From: a virus
Taxonomy: Duplodnaviria; Caudoviricetes
IMG/VR virus record: IMGVR_UViG_3300050119_000088
Location: 47,972-111,971 of that record
Length of the DNA: 64,000 nucleotides
Reading direction: 5' to 3' (one strand)
Shown here: positions 44,236-55,826 of the stretch, piece after piece
Layout of the letters: each line of letters starts with the position of its first letter
Position numbering within the stretch: position 1 is the stretch's first letter
The notes under the pieces: generated by a model
What the model saw: the letters and a program-made list of their open reading frames with translations, nothing else
What the model was told of the DNA's origin: nothing
Database searches by the model: none
Made by a program: the position numbers and the translations under genes

Positions 44236-46145
44236 GCGAACATAGCTCCTATTATAGCAGGACGAAAATATGAATTTGTACCTACACCCGGAATAAAAGT
44301 CACGGTTCCATTTTCAGCGTATTCAAGAGCTGTAACTAGACTTACTCCAAGTGCAGGCATAAGCATTCTACGAGCAAATGCACCTACTTGAAGAATGGAA
44401 CTATTTCCACCAAACCGTATACCTTGGTCAATTGTTGCTGTTGTGGTCGGAGAACTTGCTGAAATATTCATGCCTGTACCGAAATATGTGTTAGCTGGAA
44501 GTTGTGCATAGTTTGTTATTGTTAAATCAACATATTCAATTTGTAATCCAACAACATAGAATAAATAGCAAGTTGTTGAAGAATTACGACAATATTGCCA
44601 TGTACCAGTTGTTGCTGTAAGGGTATATGTTGCTGAACTTGGATCACTATAAGCAAGTTTTCGATAAATTCGATTATAGTTATTCCAAAGCCAACGATTT
44701 TGTTGTGTGTCGTTTGTTAGACCAGTATAAACATACACGCTACCAAGATATCGAGAGTTTGGTACACTATTTTGTACTAATACACCATTTAAATACACTG
44801 GAGCATATGTAGCATTTCGTGTTGTCGTGTTTGTCCAAGCTGTTGCTGTTAATGTGAAACTACCAACATTACTGTTGGTTGCCCAAATATCATACATATT
44901 GCTTCCGAGAGCGGAAACATTTATAGATAATTCTGTAAAACGTAGAATTTCCCAATAAGATGTTGCACTATTATAAAGGGGAATTGTATCCCCAACATAA
45001 GGAGTATAATAAATTGTAGAAACAGAAACTACATCAAGCGGAGTACAAGGTGTACCTGAAGTAAGTGTCAATCTTCCACAAACTTGTTCACCAGCGATTG
45101 CACCAATCGCCCAAATTTGATCGCCACGAAGGAAGCTTCCATTGTTTGCTGTACCCAATCCGTAGCGAGCAGTTGGAATTGTACCTGATGCAAGATTCGA
45201 TGCATTTAGAAGAAGAATCTGACTACCATCAGCAATTTGAGCTTGACCTTGAACAATTAAATCAGCAGTAGTATTGCGTGCTGGAACAGTAAAACTACTA
45301 AGTGTATTTGAAACATCATTGATTGTAGCAGCTGTAATTACAAGTGAGTTATATGTTCCTGCACTACAAAGATAGCTTCCGGTTCCAGTTGGAGCAACAT
45401 TTGTTGTAGTTCTTAGAATGTATGTTACAGATGTTCCAGCTCCCGGAATAAATGGAACAACTACATAATTACTTCCTGAAAGTGTTGCATTTGCTGTTGT
45501 TGCAGAAGTTAAGAATACTGGTAATGTTCGATTTCCAATTCGATCCTGACCTGCGGCCCAATAGTAGTAAACTGTTGTTCCCTGTGTTCCACCATAACCA
45601 ACTGCACCATTGCTTGCGGGAAGCAAAGCAGTAATAGAAAGACCACCACCAATAATTTGCAATCCATATGAGCCAGAAGTAGCTACACTATTGCCAAGAA
45701 TTAAATTCGCATTTACATCCCAATAAGCAATTTGTTTAGCAGTTCCAGAGTCTCGAAAAATAAATAAAGGTTGTGTGTTTCCAGAAGTTCTTACAAGAAC
45801 AATAGTTGGCTCTGTGTTACTTGAATTATTTCCAATATTCAAAACACCAAGTTGTGTACTCGTGCCAATCTGCATATACGGAGTATTGATTGTAAGAAGC
45901 GTACCACCAATAGTTGTGTAACCATTTGTAACATCTAAATTGACAGTTGATCCATCAGCACTAAAAACACGAAGACCGGCAGATCCATCATTGGGTGTAG
46001 TAATTTGAACCGTGGTACGCCCACTTGTAGCATTAATATGAAGTTGAGCTGTAGGCGAACCTTGATTGAGGCCCAACAACCCTGTCGGTTTGACAGTAAT
46101 TGTTTGATTAGAACCAGGAACTATGAATCCGTTTGCTAATTTCAT
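44232..46145 (-). CDS. Virion fibre / receptor-binding protein
   Basis: Thr/Gly/Ser-rich; ASNLASGTIPTAR.G, FLRGD..W, GRLTLTSGTP fibre motifs. Confidence 0.72.
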   Translation of the reverse strand: MKLANGFIVPGSNQTITVKPTGLLGLNQGSPTAQLHINATSGRTTVQITTPNDGSAGLRVFSADGSTVNLDVTNGYTTIGGTLLTINTPYMQIGTSTQLGVLNIGNNSSNTEPTIVLVRTSGNTQPLFIFRDSGTAKQIAYWDVNANLILGNSVATSGSYGLQIIGGGLSITALLPASNGAVGYGGTQGTTVYYYWAAGQDRIGNRTLPVFLTSATTANATLSGSNYVVVPFIPGAGTSVTYILRTTTNVAPTGTGSYLCSAGTYNSLVITAATINDVSNTLSSFTVPARNTTADLIVQGQAQIADGSQILLLNASNLASGTIPTARYGLGTANNGSFLRGDQIWAIGAIAGEQVCGRLTLTSGTPCTPLDVVSVSTIYYTPYVGDTIPLYNSATSYWEILRFTELSINVSALGSNMYDIWATNSNVGSFTLTATAWTNTTTRNATYAPVYLNGVLVQNSVPNSRYLGSVYVYTGLTNDTQQNRWLWNNYNRIYRKLAYSDPSSATYTLTATTGTWQYCRNSSTTCYLFYVVGLQIEYVDLTITNYAQLPANTYFGTGMNISASSPTTTATIDQGIRFGGNSSILQVGAFARRMLMPALGVSLVTALEYAENGTVTFIPGVGTNSYFRPAIIGAMFA

Positions 46146-47869
46146 TTGCCGATAATTACGAACTTGTAGTTTGTGAGTGTTTGCGTTGTGGCAAACGTAT
46201 AAGTAATATCGCCTGTGGACGTATTGATTGAAATATCTGCAAATACGACAATAGCAGGATTGGCAGAAATATCATAACATAAAGCCTGAACATCACAATA
46301 ATTAGCACCAGCGGAACCAAGACCATGTGTTACTTGTGTAATTACAAACGTAGCAGCAGAGCCACTTCCTGTGGCTGAATAGATGCCTGTTGCACCAAGT
46401 GAACCTCTTGCACCAGTAGCAAATGAAAGAACCGGATTACCAAGATTTCCTGCACCACCAGTTACAGTAATTTGATTTGTTGTACCAGTAATTGCAACAC
46501 TAGTATACGAACCAAGTCCTGTCTGAATAATAAAACCGTTTGTTGTGCTTAATGGTGCACCTGTCGTAACTCTTCCGTAAGTATCTACAGTAACGCTTTG
46601 ATACGTGCCTGGCGTAATAATCCCGCTTGCAAGATCCAGATTTCCAGCAGTATTAACGACTCGTGCTGACAAACCAACAGCAATAACACCACTGGCGAAT
46701 GTAATAGGAGCCGTCGCTGTGATATTCGTTCCGGCTGTTACACGCCCATAAGTGTCCACTGTAACACTTTGATATGTTCCGGCTGTAGCAACACCGCTTG
46801 CAAGATCCAGATTACCAGCATTGTTAATGAGGCGAGCATTGAATCCAAGTGTAATATTATTGGCTGAAAGATACAACGGTGTGGAAACCGTCATCTCCGT
46901 TGCATTTGCAAATTGCGTAAATACAATCGATGTTGTACCAAGAGTACCGCCAGGATCAGAAGTACAAACCCAAGCAGTATCAGCGTTGACAGTGCCTTCT
47001 TCAATCCATAAATAAGCAGAAGGAATCTCAACCCAAGTGCTAACATCTGTAGCACGAACCAAAGCAGAACCAGCCGAAACAAATACGTAAATACCATTTT
47101 GAGATGGAGCTGCTTGATCCTTTAAAAGAATCCGATTTCCAGAAGCAAGAGTAATACCATCAAGTGTCGCTGGTGCAGACGTAAGAGAGACATTGGTGCC
47201 TGTTGATGCTGCAATTGCAGGTGCTTTGGGCGAAAGACCTTGAACAGAACTATCAACATAGCCTTTAGTTGCAGCATCGGTGGATGAAACAGGTGTTGCA
47301 ACACTGCTCAATAGTTGGCTATTGAAGTTGACTGCTGCAATTGGTGCAGCTAGCTTGCTATAAGCAATAGCAGCACTAGCCGAAATGTCTGTGTTAATAA
47401 TGGATGCACCAAGATTCAACTTTGAATAAGCAATCGCCGCACCAGTAGCAATATCTGCATTGATCACTGAACCTGTGAGATTCAGCTTGGCATAAGCAAT
47501 AGCTGCACCAACAGCAATATCTGTATTGACAATCGTGCCGGTTAATGCCAGCTTGGAGTAAGCAATTCCCGCACCAGCATTAATTTGTGTATTGGTAATA
47601 CCGCCTGTTGCTACCACGATGGTAGGTGTAGAAGATGTACCACCAATGGTGATTGTAGAATCACCTGCTGTAACGCTTGTTACAGTTCCTGCACCAGAGC
47701 TGAATGTGATCCAAGATACACCATTCCAGAACTTAAGAACAGGAGTACCGCTTGTATCGGTATAAATTTGACCAATGCCAGGAGTGCCCGGAGCGGTGCC
47801 AAGATTCTGAATTACAGAATTCTGTAATTCATTTTTATTCATGTCTATAGAAGAAAGAAACTTGGGCAT
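46142..47869 (-). CDS. Virion fibre protein with internal repeats
   Basis: Four IAYSKL-type repeats, DAATKGYVD, RILLKDQ..PSQNGIY, two GTYQSVTVDTYGRVT repeats. Confidence 0.8.
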   Translation of the reverse strand: MPKFLSSIDMNKNELQNSVIQNLGTAPGTPGIGQIYTDTSGTPVLKFWNGVSWITFSSGAGTVTSVTAGDSTITIGGTSSTPTIVVATGGITNTQINAGAGIAYSKLALTGTIVNTDIAVGAAIAYAKLNLTGSVINADIATGAAIAYSKLNLGASIINTDISASAAIAYSKLAAPIAAVNFNSQLLSSVATPVSSTDAATKGYVDSSVQGLSPKAPAIAASTGTNVSLTSAPATLDGITLASGNRILLKDQAAPSQNGIYVFVSAGSALVRATDVSTWVEIPSAYLWIEEGTVNADTAWVCTSDPGGTLGTTSIVFTQFANATEMTVSTPLYLSANNITLGFNARLINNAGNLDLASGVATAGTYQSVTVDTYGRVTAGTNITATAPITFASGVIAVGLSARVVNTAGNLDLASGIITPGTYQSVTVDTYGRVTTGAPLSTTNGFIIQTGLGSYTSVAITGTTNQITVTGGAGNLGNPVLSFATGARGSLGATGIYSATGSGSAATFVITQVTHGLGSAGANYCDVQALCYDISANPAIVVFADISINTSTGDITYTFATTQTLTNYKFVIIGK

Positions 47870-47876
47870 TATTGTC

Positions 47877-48731
47877 TCAGTTCATTGAGGCAGAACCAGT
47901 AAATGATGCTGTGAAATTAATAACTAGATTGTTAGAATCAATGTATGAAATATCACCAATTACTTCGCTTTTTGCACTATCAATAACTGTAACAGAAGGA
48001 TATTTTCCAAGATTATGTGCAATATTCCAACTCGATGCTGCTACCGCTTGTACGTAAAGATAATTTTTATCTGGCCCTACTGGCCCTGTTGCACCAGTTA
48101 ATCCAGTGTCACCTTTAGGACCAGTTGCACCTGTTGGTCCGGCAACACCTGTATCTCCCTTTGGTCCGGTAGCACCAACCGGGCCAGTAGCTCCGGGAAT
48201 ACCCTGTATGCCTTGATTACCGGGTACGCCTTGGGCTCCTGTTGCACCCGTCGCACCTGTTGCTCCTGTAGCACCTGTACTACCCGTTGCACCAGTCGAT
48301 CCAGTAGCACCTTGAAGACCTTGTACACCTTGGGCACCTGTGCTTCCTGTATCACCTTTTGATCCTTGCAATCCAGGTGAACCTTGAGCACCTGTTGCAC
48401 CTGTGGCTCCAGTAGCACCTTGAATACCTTGGATACCTTGTTCACCGATTGGGCCGGGCACGCCACGGGCACCTTGTATACCAACATCTCCCGTTATGCC
48501 CGTTGCACCTGTATCACCTTTCGGTCCCGGCGGACCAGTGTCACCAGGATCGCCTTTATCGCCCTTTGCTCCCTGCAATCCATTAGGTAGATTCGTTAGT
48601 TGTGAACCATCACCGTTCGGAGCCAAAACATCAATGCCAATTACCAAACCAAGCGTCACCCGAGCAGCAATAGCGGCTGCTTCATCGGGAACCAAAAAGT
48701 CTATGTTCTTAGGACGTTCAGTTGATGCCAT
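47877..48731 (-). CDS. Collagen-like (Gly-X-Y) fibre protein
   Basis: About 165 aa of G-X-Y; C-term [13 protein letters not shown] domain. Confidence 0.88.
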   Translation of the reverse strand: MASTERPKNIDFLVPDEAAAIAARVTLGLVIGIDVLAPNGDGSQLTNLPNGLQGAKGDKGDPGDTGPPGPKGDTGATGITGDVGIQGARGVPGPIGEQGIQGIQGATGATGATGAQGSPGLQGSKGDTGSTGAQGVQGLQGATGSTGATGSTGATGATGATGATGAQGVPGNQGIQGIPGATGPVGATGPKGDTGVAGPTGATGPKGDTGLTGATGPVGPDKNYLYVQAVAASSWNIAHNLGKYPSVTVIDSAKSEVIGDISYIDSNNLVINFTASFTGSASMN

Positions 48732-48733
48732 GT

Positions 48734-50176
48734 TTATCCCGAAACCTTGACACCCTCGAATTCAAGCGTAATAGTTGATCGACCATAATCTGTTGTTGTA
48801 TACGATTTATTGCTAATGGCAAATGGATTGTTAGTCAGTTTGACAACCCAAACTGAACCCTTCCAATTTGTCATTATAATATAGTTGTTATAATTGTTCT
48901 GAATAAAAGTCCGAAGCTCAAGTACTTTCAATCGGGTAAGTTCAAATGGATATTTGAGTTGAAACCGATTGCTTGTGTGTTTGTATGTAAACACATTCCC
49001 TGTCATTGACCGCAATAGATTGAGTTTGTTGACACCTGTTTGTGTATCACCAAACTCTGGCCTCGGTAAAGTGATTACCGAAACAACACCTTGTAGAATA
49101 ACAATCGGGGAAACTTTGGTTACTGTCACTACAGGGAAAGTAAATATTTGACCTGTAGAATCAACGCCGTAACCAAGCTTAACTGGAATTTTGATAAAAT
49201 CATTTTCAAATGCAACACTATCATAAATTGAGCGATGTAGTGTTGTTTTCCTTGTAGTTGTATCATCTAATAATAAATGATCCGCTTGTGTTAAATAGAT
49301 TTTACGAAGCCGAGATACAGCAACACCATCTGTGAATGCAAGTGTCTGATGAAGTGTCTTGATTTTGGTAAACGCGATTGTCTCACTAAATGTTAAAGTA
49401 TTAGCTCCAACTAGCACTCCGTGTTTGTTAACAACTACAGCATCAATAAAAGCAAGAGTATGTTGCACTGCCCGTAATGGACGACCATAACGGACTGCTG
49501 AATCTGTTATCGCAAGTGTATCGTTTAAAGAGCGTTTTAATATTTTCTTAGGGGCGTATATTTCCGTAAGTGTAAGTACATCATAAAATGCTTTTGACTT
49601 AGTTTCCAGCGGAAAGTCAGAGAAACTAAGAGCATCTGTCAATGAACGAACATAAATCGGTTGTGGATGAATAGTTTCAACAAGAGCAAATACATCTTCG
49701 TGTATTGTGAAATGCTTTGTACCGCCAGCATTATTCGTATCAGTAAAATTGAGACTTTGATTTACAGTACGATTAAAATGCTTCTGGACAGCAATCGCTT
49801 CAGTAAATGTAAGATGTTCACTTGCACCTTTACCCTTTAGATATAAAATAATTTCACTGAACGTAATATGGTCGCCAACAATACTACGAGGAAATATATG
49901 TCGTACACTTGCTGCATCCGTAATAGTAATTGTATCAGCTTGTGCAAGCTTCCGAATATGTTGCTTAGTAATCGTTTCAATAAAAGTCAGAGTATCTAAT
50001 CCACCACTTAAACGAATATGAGATAATACTACTGTTTCAGTGAACGTTAATATGTCATGTGTTGCTCCAGCTTTACCTGTCTTTCCAACAAACGGATAGC
50101 GTCGTTTGCGTGGATATGCTTGCCGTCGTTTTGTACGAGGATATGATTGGCCAAGCCGATAATATCCAAGTGACAT
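48734..50176 (-). CDS. Structural repeat protein with C-terminal distal-tail-like domain
   Basis: About 15 D/H-x-L-x-F-x-E/D repeats plus PEFGDT...LEFEG. Confidence 0.65.
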   Translation of the reverse strand: MSLGYYRLGQSYPRTKRRQAYPRKRRYPFVGKTGKAGATHDILTFTETVVLSHIRLSGGLDTLTFIETITKQHIRKLAQADTITITDAASVRHIFPRSIVGDHITFSEIILYLKGKGASEHLTFTEAIAVQKHFNRTVNQSLNFTDTNNAGGTKHFTIHEDVFALVETIHPQPIYVRSLTDALSFSDFPLETKSKAFYDVLTLTEIYAPKKILKRSLNDTLAITDSAVRYGRPLRAVQHTLAFIDAVVVNKHGVLVGANTLTFSETIAFTKIKTLHQTLAFTDGVAVSRLRKIYLTQADHLLLDDTTTRKTTLHRSIYDSVAFENDFIKIPVKLGYGVDSTGQIFTFPVVTVTKVSPIVILQGVVSVITLPRPEFGDTQTGVNKLNLLRSMTGNVFTYKHTSNRFQLKYPFELTRLKVLELRTFIQNNYNNYIIMTNWKGSVWVVKLTNNPFAISNKSYTTTDYGRSTITLEFEGVKVSG

Positions 50177-50219
50177 GATCTTGACAATCTGTTAGAGGTG
50201 CTTCATAACAAAATAGAAA

Positions 50220-50678
50220 TCAACCGATCTCACGATAAGTAATCGTCACCATACAGGTGAACGCGATTGATGGTGTATATAGAAGACGCAACCCGATGCT
50301 AGCACTTGGAGAAACTATCGGACGCTCTTCAGGAATCGGATCATAGTGGCATCCGACAAGATTCGATTGGCCTTGTTTATAGATTGGCGGTGTTGCGTAT
50401 GTTGTCGGCTCTGTTGTCAGATTTCCTGTGATAGTTGCGGCGGTTGTTGAACTTCCATCTTCCGCTTTGGCAACATTCGCAGCGGTGCCAACGGGTGAAC
50501 CCAATGTGGTTATCTTTTGCAAACTGATTGTCATCTGTTCGCTTGTCGGATTCGTTTCGTTTGTTACCGCACAAGCCAATATCTCAATAACAGCCGATGT
50601 GGGTGCTGTCAAAAGCAATAGCGTTTTCGCTGCTGCAAGTGCGGTGATCTCAATTGATGCAGTATAAACACCCTTCAT
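50220..50678 (-). CDS. Putative structural protein
   Basis: Thr/Ala-rich, in the morphogenesis operon. Confidence 0.55.
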   Translation of the reverse strand: MKGVYTASIEITALAAAKTLLLLTAPTSAVIEILACAVTNETNPTSEQMTISLQKITTLGSPVGTAANVAKAEDGSSTTAATITGNLTTEPTTYATPPIYKQGQSNLVGCHYDPIPEERPIVSPSASIGLRLLYTPSIAFTCMVTITYREIG

Positions 50679-50679
50679 A

Positions 50680-53229
50680 TTACATTACCTTCTTGTTTTG
50701 ATGAAGAACAACAGCTTTCGGAGGCGGAGCACCATACATAATTTGAGGTTGACCGTTCTGCCAGATTTCAAAACCCATCGTACTGATAGGTTGAATATTG
50801 ATATTGAAATCATCAATATTTACCCAACCTGTTGTACCATCACAATCCACATAGAATGTATAAATTCCATCATCAAATGGTGCAGGACACGTACCTTGTA
50901 ATAGTTCCCATGTACCAGCAGTGGCACTGCTTGTTGCAATCACAATATTGCTGTTTTGTCCCATAGGGACATTTTTAGCAAGAATCAACCGTGGCGGATT
51001 ACCATTATATGCTGCACCATCACCACTCACAGAACGTCGAATATATATAGAAGCAATAGCTACAGTACCATTTGCAACTGCTACGCGAAATGCACCACAA
51101 CAAAGTTTGTACGCTGCACTAATTGGTGTGATTCTTGACGATTGACTTGGAGTATGATAGATTGTACTATCTGTGTTAATACTACCATATTGGAACCAAG
51201 CTTTGAAGTTATTACCATTGTATACACTGAAACCAATGAAGCCAGGATCGATAAGACTTGATAATGGCGAAACTGGAACAGTTGAAAGCAATGAAACATT
51301 GTTTCCAACAATAGGTACAGTGGTCGTTCCATTAATATGAATATCGGCAACTGTATGACTATGATATTGACCAAAAACCATAGTATCAAGATCAATACCA
51401 AAACAACCACCACCGTATTGAAACCCCCACGGTGAAACTGTACCGATACCTGCATCAACGTTGAATCCGCGAATTAAGATATTACCATCTGTAGGAACAT
51501 CGATTGCAATAGCACCTGTTGTCATACTATAAAAGAAGCCTGAATCCAACACAAAAATAAAGTTCTGATTAGTGCTGCTATTCGCAATCCGGAATCCGTG
51601 GGTACAGCACCATGCTGTTGTGTTTGATACAATACCCGAGCCCATAACAAAGTTGTTGTAAAATATGAATCCTGGCCCACCACAAGAATGCATTGTGGTT
51701 AAGTTCCAGGTTCCAAAGTTGTATTGATTGGCAATACCAATACCACCAGATGATCCGCCAATCAAATAATTGGACGTCAATGTGCAACCGCAACCTGTTA
51801 CATTTAGCAAATATCCTGAACAAACCATCATAACATTGTGTTGTAATGTCGTCGTTCCAAGCGTTGTGTTTGCATAAATATTAACTGCATGCGAAGCCAT
51901 ATTGTAAACGACATTATACTGAAATGTAACATTTCCACTATTTGTATAGGAATTGTTACCAATATTGATAGAACCATTCCAATTATGAAATGAGCAATAT
52001 TCAATTACAACTGTTGTATTGCTCGATGTAGTATCATAGTTGGTGCCATTTGATCCGAAATAAGCCATCTCAACATAAAATAGATTCAATACTGTTGATT
52101 GTTTATTTCCCCAATAACAACCATACAATGTATTGACTGGAGTAATCACAATATTGCGTGATAGATTGATCCATTCAGCCACATATGCAGGCGGACCTGT
52201 TGAACATAAATGAGCATATGTAAAATTGGCACTCATTGTCAGTGAAGTACCACTGATTGTGCCAATCTGCCGCAACTCGCAATGTGATGGTGTTGTGTCT
52301 GTGGAAGCAACTACAACAAAATCACCAACTACAAGACCTGTTGAAACATCTATGTTAACTGAAGGTTGTGACGCTGCAACAGCAGATGTAATGAATCCTG
52401 ACACCGTTTTGGTTGCACCATACATTGTAATGGTAGAACCATCATACGCATTCAGGCCAAACTGATTGGCAGAAGTACAATTGAATGCAACTGTAGCAAC
52501 AGTTGTTGCCGGCATCGGAGATACAACAGTACCAATAGTGAGAAAACCATTGACCCAAATATTCAAATTACCACCAACATTTAAATAATATGCTGATGAT
52601 CCGAAATTGGACCAAGATAATGTGCCCTTGTCTGAAATATCAATTTGAGCACAGAATTGTGTGGTTGCTGTATTGTCCATAGTAACAGAAACATTATTAA
52701 ATGTTGCTGCACCTGTTCGCTCACAGAGAATAATGAGATTGTCTGTAGAAGCTGGTGCTCCTGTTGTCGTTGTTCTTAAAAATCTAAGAAAGTCAGTGTT
52801 CGATGTACCACAAATAAGGGTAAGACTAAGGCCGGCTGAAACTTTGATCTGGATTGTATAAGCCGTTGCAGTAACAAGAGTAACAGGACTAGCGAATTTA
52901 AAGAATATCCAATTGTACCCTGTCTGTCCTGGACCTAAGATTGTCAAATCTGATTTGTTGATTGTTACGAGCGTACCTGTAACTAAAGTGCCGCTTGCAG
53001 CAAGCTGAACATTAATGGTTCCTACAGTATCGGCAGCAGAATTAATTCTAAGACCAATACCATCTATTGTAATTGCACCTGGCGTAAATGCAACACTTGT
53101 AATAAATGTTGTTCCAACAACAGCAGTATTTGACGCCGTACCATTACTCAAAGAAGTTGTATCCGTCGTCGCCCATGTGGACGATGATTGAATACTTCCA
53201 CCAGGAGAAATTGATACCTTAACAGCCAT
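50680..53229 (-). CDS. Large beta-helix virion protein, paralog 2
   Basis: NLSRNIV, Asn/Cys ladder; shares WIFFKF..P.TL, VDC...GW.N.DDF with neighbour. Confidence 0.72.
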   Translation of the reverse strand: MAVKVSISPGGSIQSSSTWATTDTTSLSNGTASNTAVVGTTFITSVAFTPGAITIDGIGLRINSAADTVGTINVQLAASGTLVTGTLVTINKSDLTILGPGQTGYNWIFFKFASPVTLVTATAYTIQIKVSAGLSLTLICGTSNTDFLRFLRTTTTGAPASTDNLIILCERTGAATFNNVSVTMDNTATTQFCAQIDISDKGTLSWSNFGSSAYYLNVGGNLNIWVNGFLTIGTVVSPMPATTVATVAFNCTSANQFGLNAYDGSTITMYGATKTVSGFITSAVAASQPSVNIDVSTGLVVGDFVVVASTDTTPSHCELRQIGTISGTSLTMSANFTYAHLCSTGPPAYVAEWINLSRNIVITPVNTLYGCYWGNKQSTVLNLFYVEMAYFGSNGTNYDTTSSNTTVVIEYCSFHNWNGSINIGNNSYTNSGNVTFQYNVVYNMASHAVNIYANTTLGTTTLQHNVMMVCSGYLLNVTGCGCTLTSNYLIGGSSGGIGIANQYNFGTWNLTTMHSCGGPGFIFYNNFVMGSGIVSNTTAWCCTHGFRIANSSTNQNFIFVLDSGFFYSMTTGAIAIDVPTDGNILIRGFNVDAGIGTVSPWGFQYGGGCFGIDLDTMVFGQYHSHTVADIHINGTTTVPIVGNNVSLLSTVPVSPLSSLIDPGFIGFSVYNGNNFKAWFQYGSINTDSTIYHTPSQSSRITPISAAYKLCCGAFRVAVANGTVAIASIYIRRSVSGDGAAYNGNPPRLILAKNVPMGQNSNIVIATSSATAGTWELLQGTCPAPFDDGIYTFYVDCDGTTGWVNIDDFNINIQPISTMGFEIWQNGQPQIMYGAPPPKAVVLHQNKKVM

Positions 53230-55805
53230 TACATTCCTTTACGTTGCCGCGTTGGTACATATTGTGGTAATGAAACATTTCCCAAGAGAGTAGTTGGTTG
53301 TGCTCCATTGAAATAATTCAGATTGGTTGTATCACGACTCGGATTTGATACACCAAAATCATCAACATTAGCCCAACCGGCCGTAGCACCACAATCAACA
53401 GCAAATACAAGAACACTGTTTTGTGGGATAGGCGTCATCGTATATGAAAGCTGTTCCCATGTTCCATTTGCTGCAACAGATACAGCAAGAATCGTTTCAT
53501 TTGCATAATTATTCGTAGGATCTTTGAGAATCACTAAACGCGGAGCAGTGCCAGCGTATGCAATTCCACCGGCGTCAGTAACAACACTTTTTCTAACCCA
53601 CACTGAAATTGTTGGTGTATCGCCGCTTAGGCAAGCAACCAAGAAAGAAAAGATTGTTGTTTGGTACTGAAGTTGATTCGGAGTCATACGCAAACTTTTA
53701 GTGCCTGCGTGTTTGATTACAGTATCCGTAGAATATGTTCCCGAATTTGTAACCGCTTTATGTACGCCATTTACTTGGCCAAATCGCATAAATGACAAGC
53801 CACCAAGCATATTTTGTGGATTGTGAATAAGATTGGTTGAACTAAAGATGCAGTTGTTGAAACTAATATTTGTTGTGTTAACTGAATTATAATAAATATC
53901 AGCACTTGTATGATTCAGAAAAGTGCAATTTTCAAAAGCGACGGAACGAAGAGCTTGATTTTGTAGAAAGATGCCAGATGCAGCTTGTCCGCTACCTGAT
54001 CCACCATTGATGATGCAATTTCGGATTATGAAAGGATAATTGATTCCGCCACTAAATTGTATTTGTCCTGTTTGATTGGCATATAGATTCCATGTGTCGA
54101 GAATCATATAGTTTGAATTATTAGCGAAATATGCTGAATAAATTGTGAGACCTGTTGTTCTCCACATAGTGACATTACTAAGCAGACCCATATTGTTTGA
54201 AATATATACGCCGTTTCCACCGCAACTATGTGCTGTCAGATTGCCAAATGTACCAGTAGCAGGAGCATTGCCTGTATTTTGTCCAAATTGAAAAGCATTG
54301 CTTTGGCAAGACGAAATAGTGCAATTCGTCATTGTGAAATCAAGAGTTTGAACAGCAATACCGTTTGCACCTGAACCTGTCAATATCATATAAACATAAT
54401 TGATCACTAAGCCAGCTGTTGTACTCTTTGATGACGTAAAGCCTTGTGAAACATTATAAATAACACAATGTTGGAAATTGATTCCTGTACAAGGATAACC
54501 ATCAAACTGTCCAAAGCCAAGTTGAATGCTGGAAGAGCTTCCAAAATCATGGAAACTGCAATTTGTAAAGTTTGAATGGGTTCCAGTTATACCGCCGTAT
54601 ACTTGCAAACCACCACCAGCATTGCTCCCAAAAATATTCCATTCGGTGTATGTATAATCACCCGTTGTGCCATAGTTAGTACGAAAATTACTCGATGATG
54701 TATTGCTTTTGAAGACAACATTTCGTGTAAGATTCAATACTTCGCAAATATATGGTGCTGTTCCTGTATGTGCTTTCGTCAAAGCAGCACAAGTGATTGT
54801 AAGACCAGAAATACCAGTTATGACTTTCGTTTCATAGTCAGACCAATTGACAGTGCTCGAAGATAAAACTACTGTATCACCAACAAGCCATCCTGTTGTA
54901 TCAGTGACAGAGAATGTTGTTGCAGTAGCAGCAACATCAGCACTAAGATAGGTAGCACCTGTCTTAATCGAACCATATGTTTGGACTGTTACCAAATCAT
55001 CAAGTAATATTTGATTGCCCGATCCAGTGCTTATGTCAAGCGTCACACTCGAAGTCGAAGGCATCGGAGCAACTGATGTTCCAAGAGTCATATTACTACG
55101 CAAATGGAACCAAATAGTACCATTTACTTTGAAATAATAGGCTGTTGAGGTTACAATGTAGGTTGAAAATGTGCAACCATCCATTATATCCAAAGAAGCA
55201 ACGGTATTTGTAGCCGAAGTCGTATCAATTGATACGGTAAATGTATTATTGACACCAACTCCAGTACGCTCACCTGTAATGATTAACGTATCACCAGATG
55301 TTGCGGGAGCTTGTGCTGTTGTGGTTCGTAAATATCGGCAAATATTTGTGCTTGAACCGCTTGCACAAACAAAACTCAAACTACCTGTTCCAGTTCCACC
55401 ACCAACTACTTGAACAGCATAAACTGTGCTTGCCAAAAGCGTAATTGGTACAGGAAACTTGAAGAATATCCAACCTATTTGAGAATTTGTTGTACTGTTA
55501 TTGTTTGGAAAATCACTGAAACCAAGACTAATAACTGTTCCAGTGACAATAGCAGAACCAGATACATTATACAAGCGTGCTGTTAATGTACCTGTTCCAC
55601 TAAATGCAATATTGGCATACAAACCGATTCCGTCAACAGTAATTGCACCCGGTGTAAAGGATGCTCCTTGTACGGAAGCCGTTCCAGAAAGAAAATTTAC
55701 ATTTCCTGTCTGGGATACTTGTGTCTGAAACGATGTCGTATCCGCAACGGACCATGTGGTCGAAGATGATACGGCACCATTAGCTTTTGCAAGGAGTACC
55801 GACAT
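53229..55805 (-). CDS. Large beta-helix virion protein, paralog 1
   Basis: TGWLVGDTVVLSS, EVLNLTRNV, F.NC.F repeats. Confidence 0.72.
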   Translation of the reverse strand: MSVLLAKANGAVSSSTTWSVADTTSFQTQVSQTGNVNFLSGTASVQGASFTPGAITVDGIGLYANIAFSGTGTLTARLYNVSGSAIVTGTVISLGFSDFPNNNSTTNSQIGWIFFKFPVPITLLASTVYAVQVVGGGTGTGSLSFVCASGSSTNICRYLRTTTAQAPATSGDTLIITGERTGVGVNNTFTVSIDTTSATNTVASLDIMDGCTFSTYIVTSTAYYFKVNGTIWFHLRSNMTLGTSVAPMPSTSSVTLDISTGSGNQILLDDLVTVQTYGSIKTGATYLSADVAATATTFSVTDTTGWLVGDTVVLSSSTVNWSDYETKVITGISGLTITCAALTKAHTGTAPYICEVLNLTRNVVFKSNTSSSNFRTNYGTTGDYTYTEWNIFGSNAGGGLQVYGGITGTHSNFTNCSFHDFGSSSSIQLGFGQFDGYPCTGINFQHCVIYNVSQGFTSSKSTTAGLVINYVYMILTGSGANGIAVQTLDFTMTNCTISSCQSNAFQFGQNTGNAPATGTFGNLTAHSCGGNGVYISNNMGLLSNVTMWRTTGLTIYSAYFANNSNYMILDTWNLYANQTGQIQFSGGINYPFIIRNCIINGGSGSGQAASGIFLQNQALRSVAFENCTFLNHTSADIYYNSVNTTNISFNNCIFSSTNLIHNPQNMLGGLSFMRFGQVNGVHKAVTNSGTYSTDTVIKHAGTKSLRMTPNQLQYQTTIFSFLVACLSGDTPTISVWVRKSVVTDAGGIAYAGTAPRLVILKDPTNNYANETILAVSVAANGTWEQLSYTMTPIPQNSVLVFAVDCGATAGWANVDDFGVSNPSRDTTNLNYFNGAQPTTLLGNVSLPQYVPTRQRKGM

Positions 55806-55826
55806 TCTTACTCCGGGGAGTCGATC

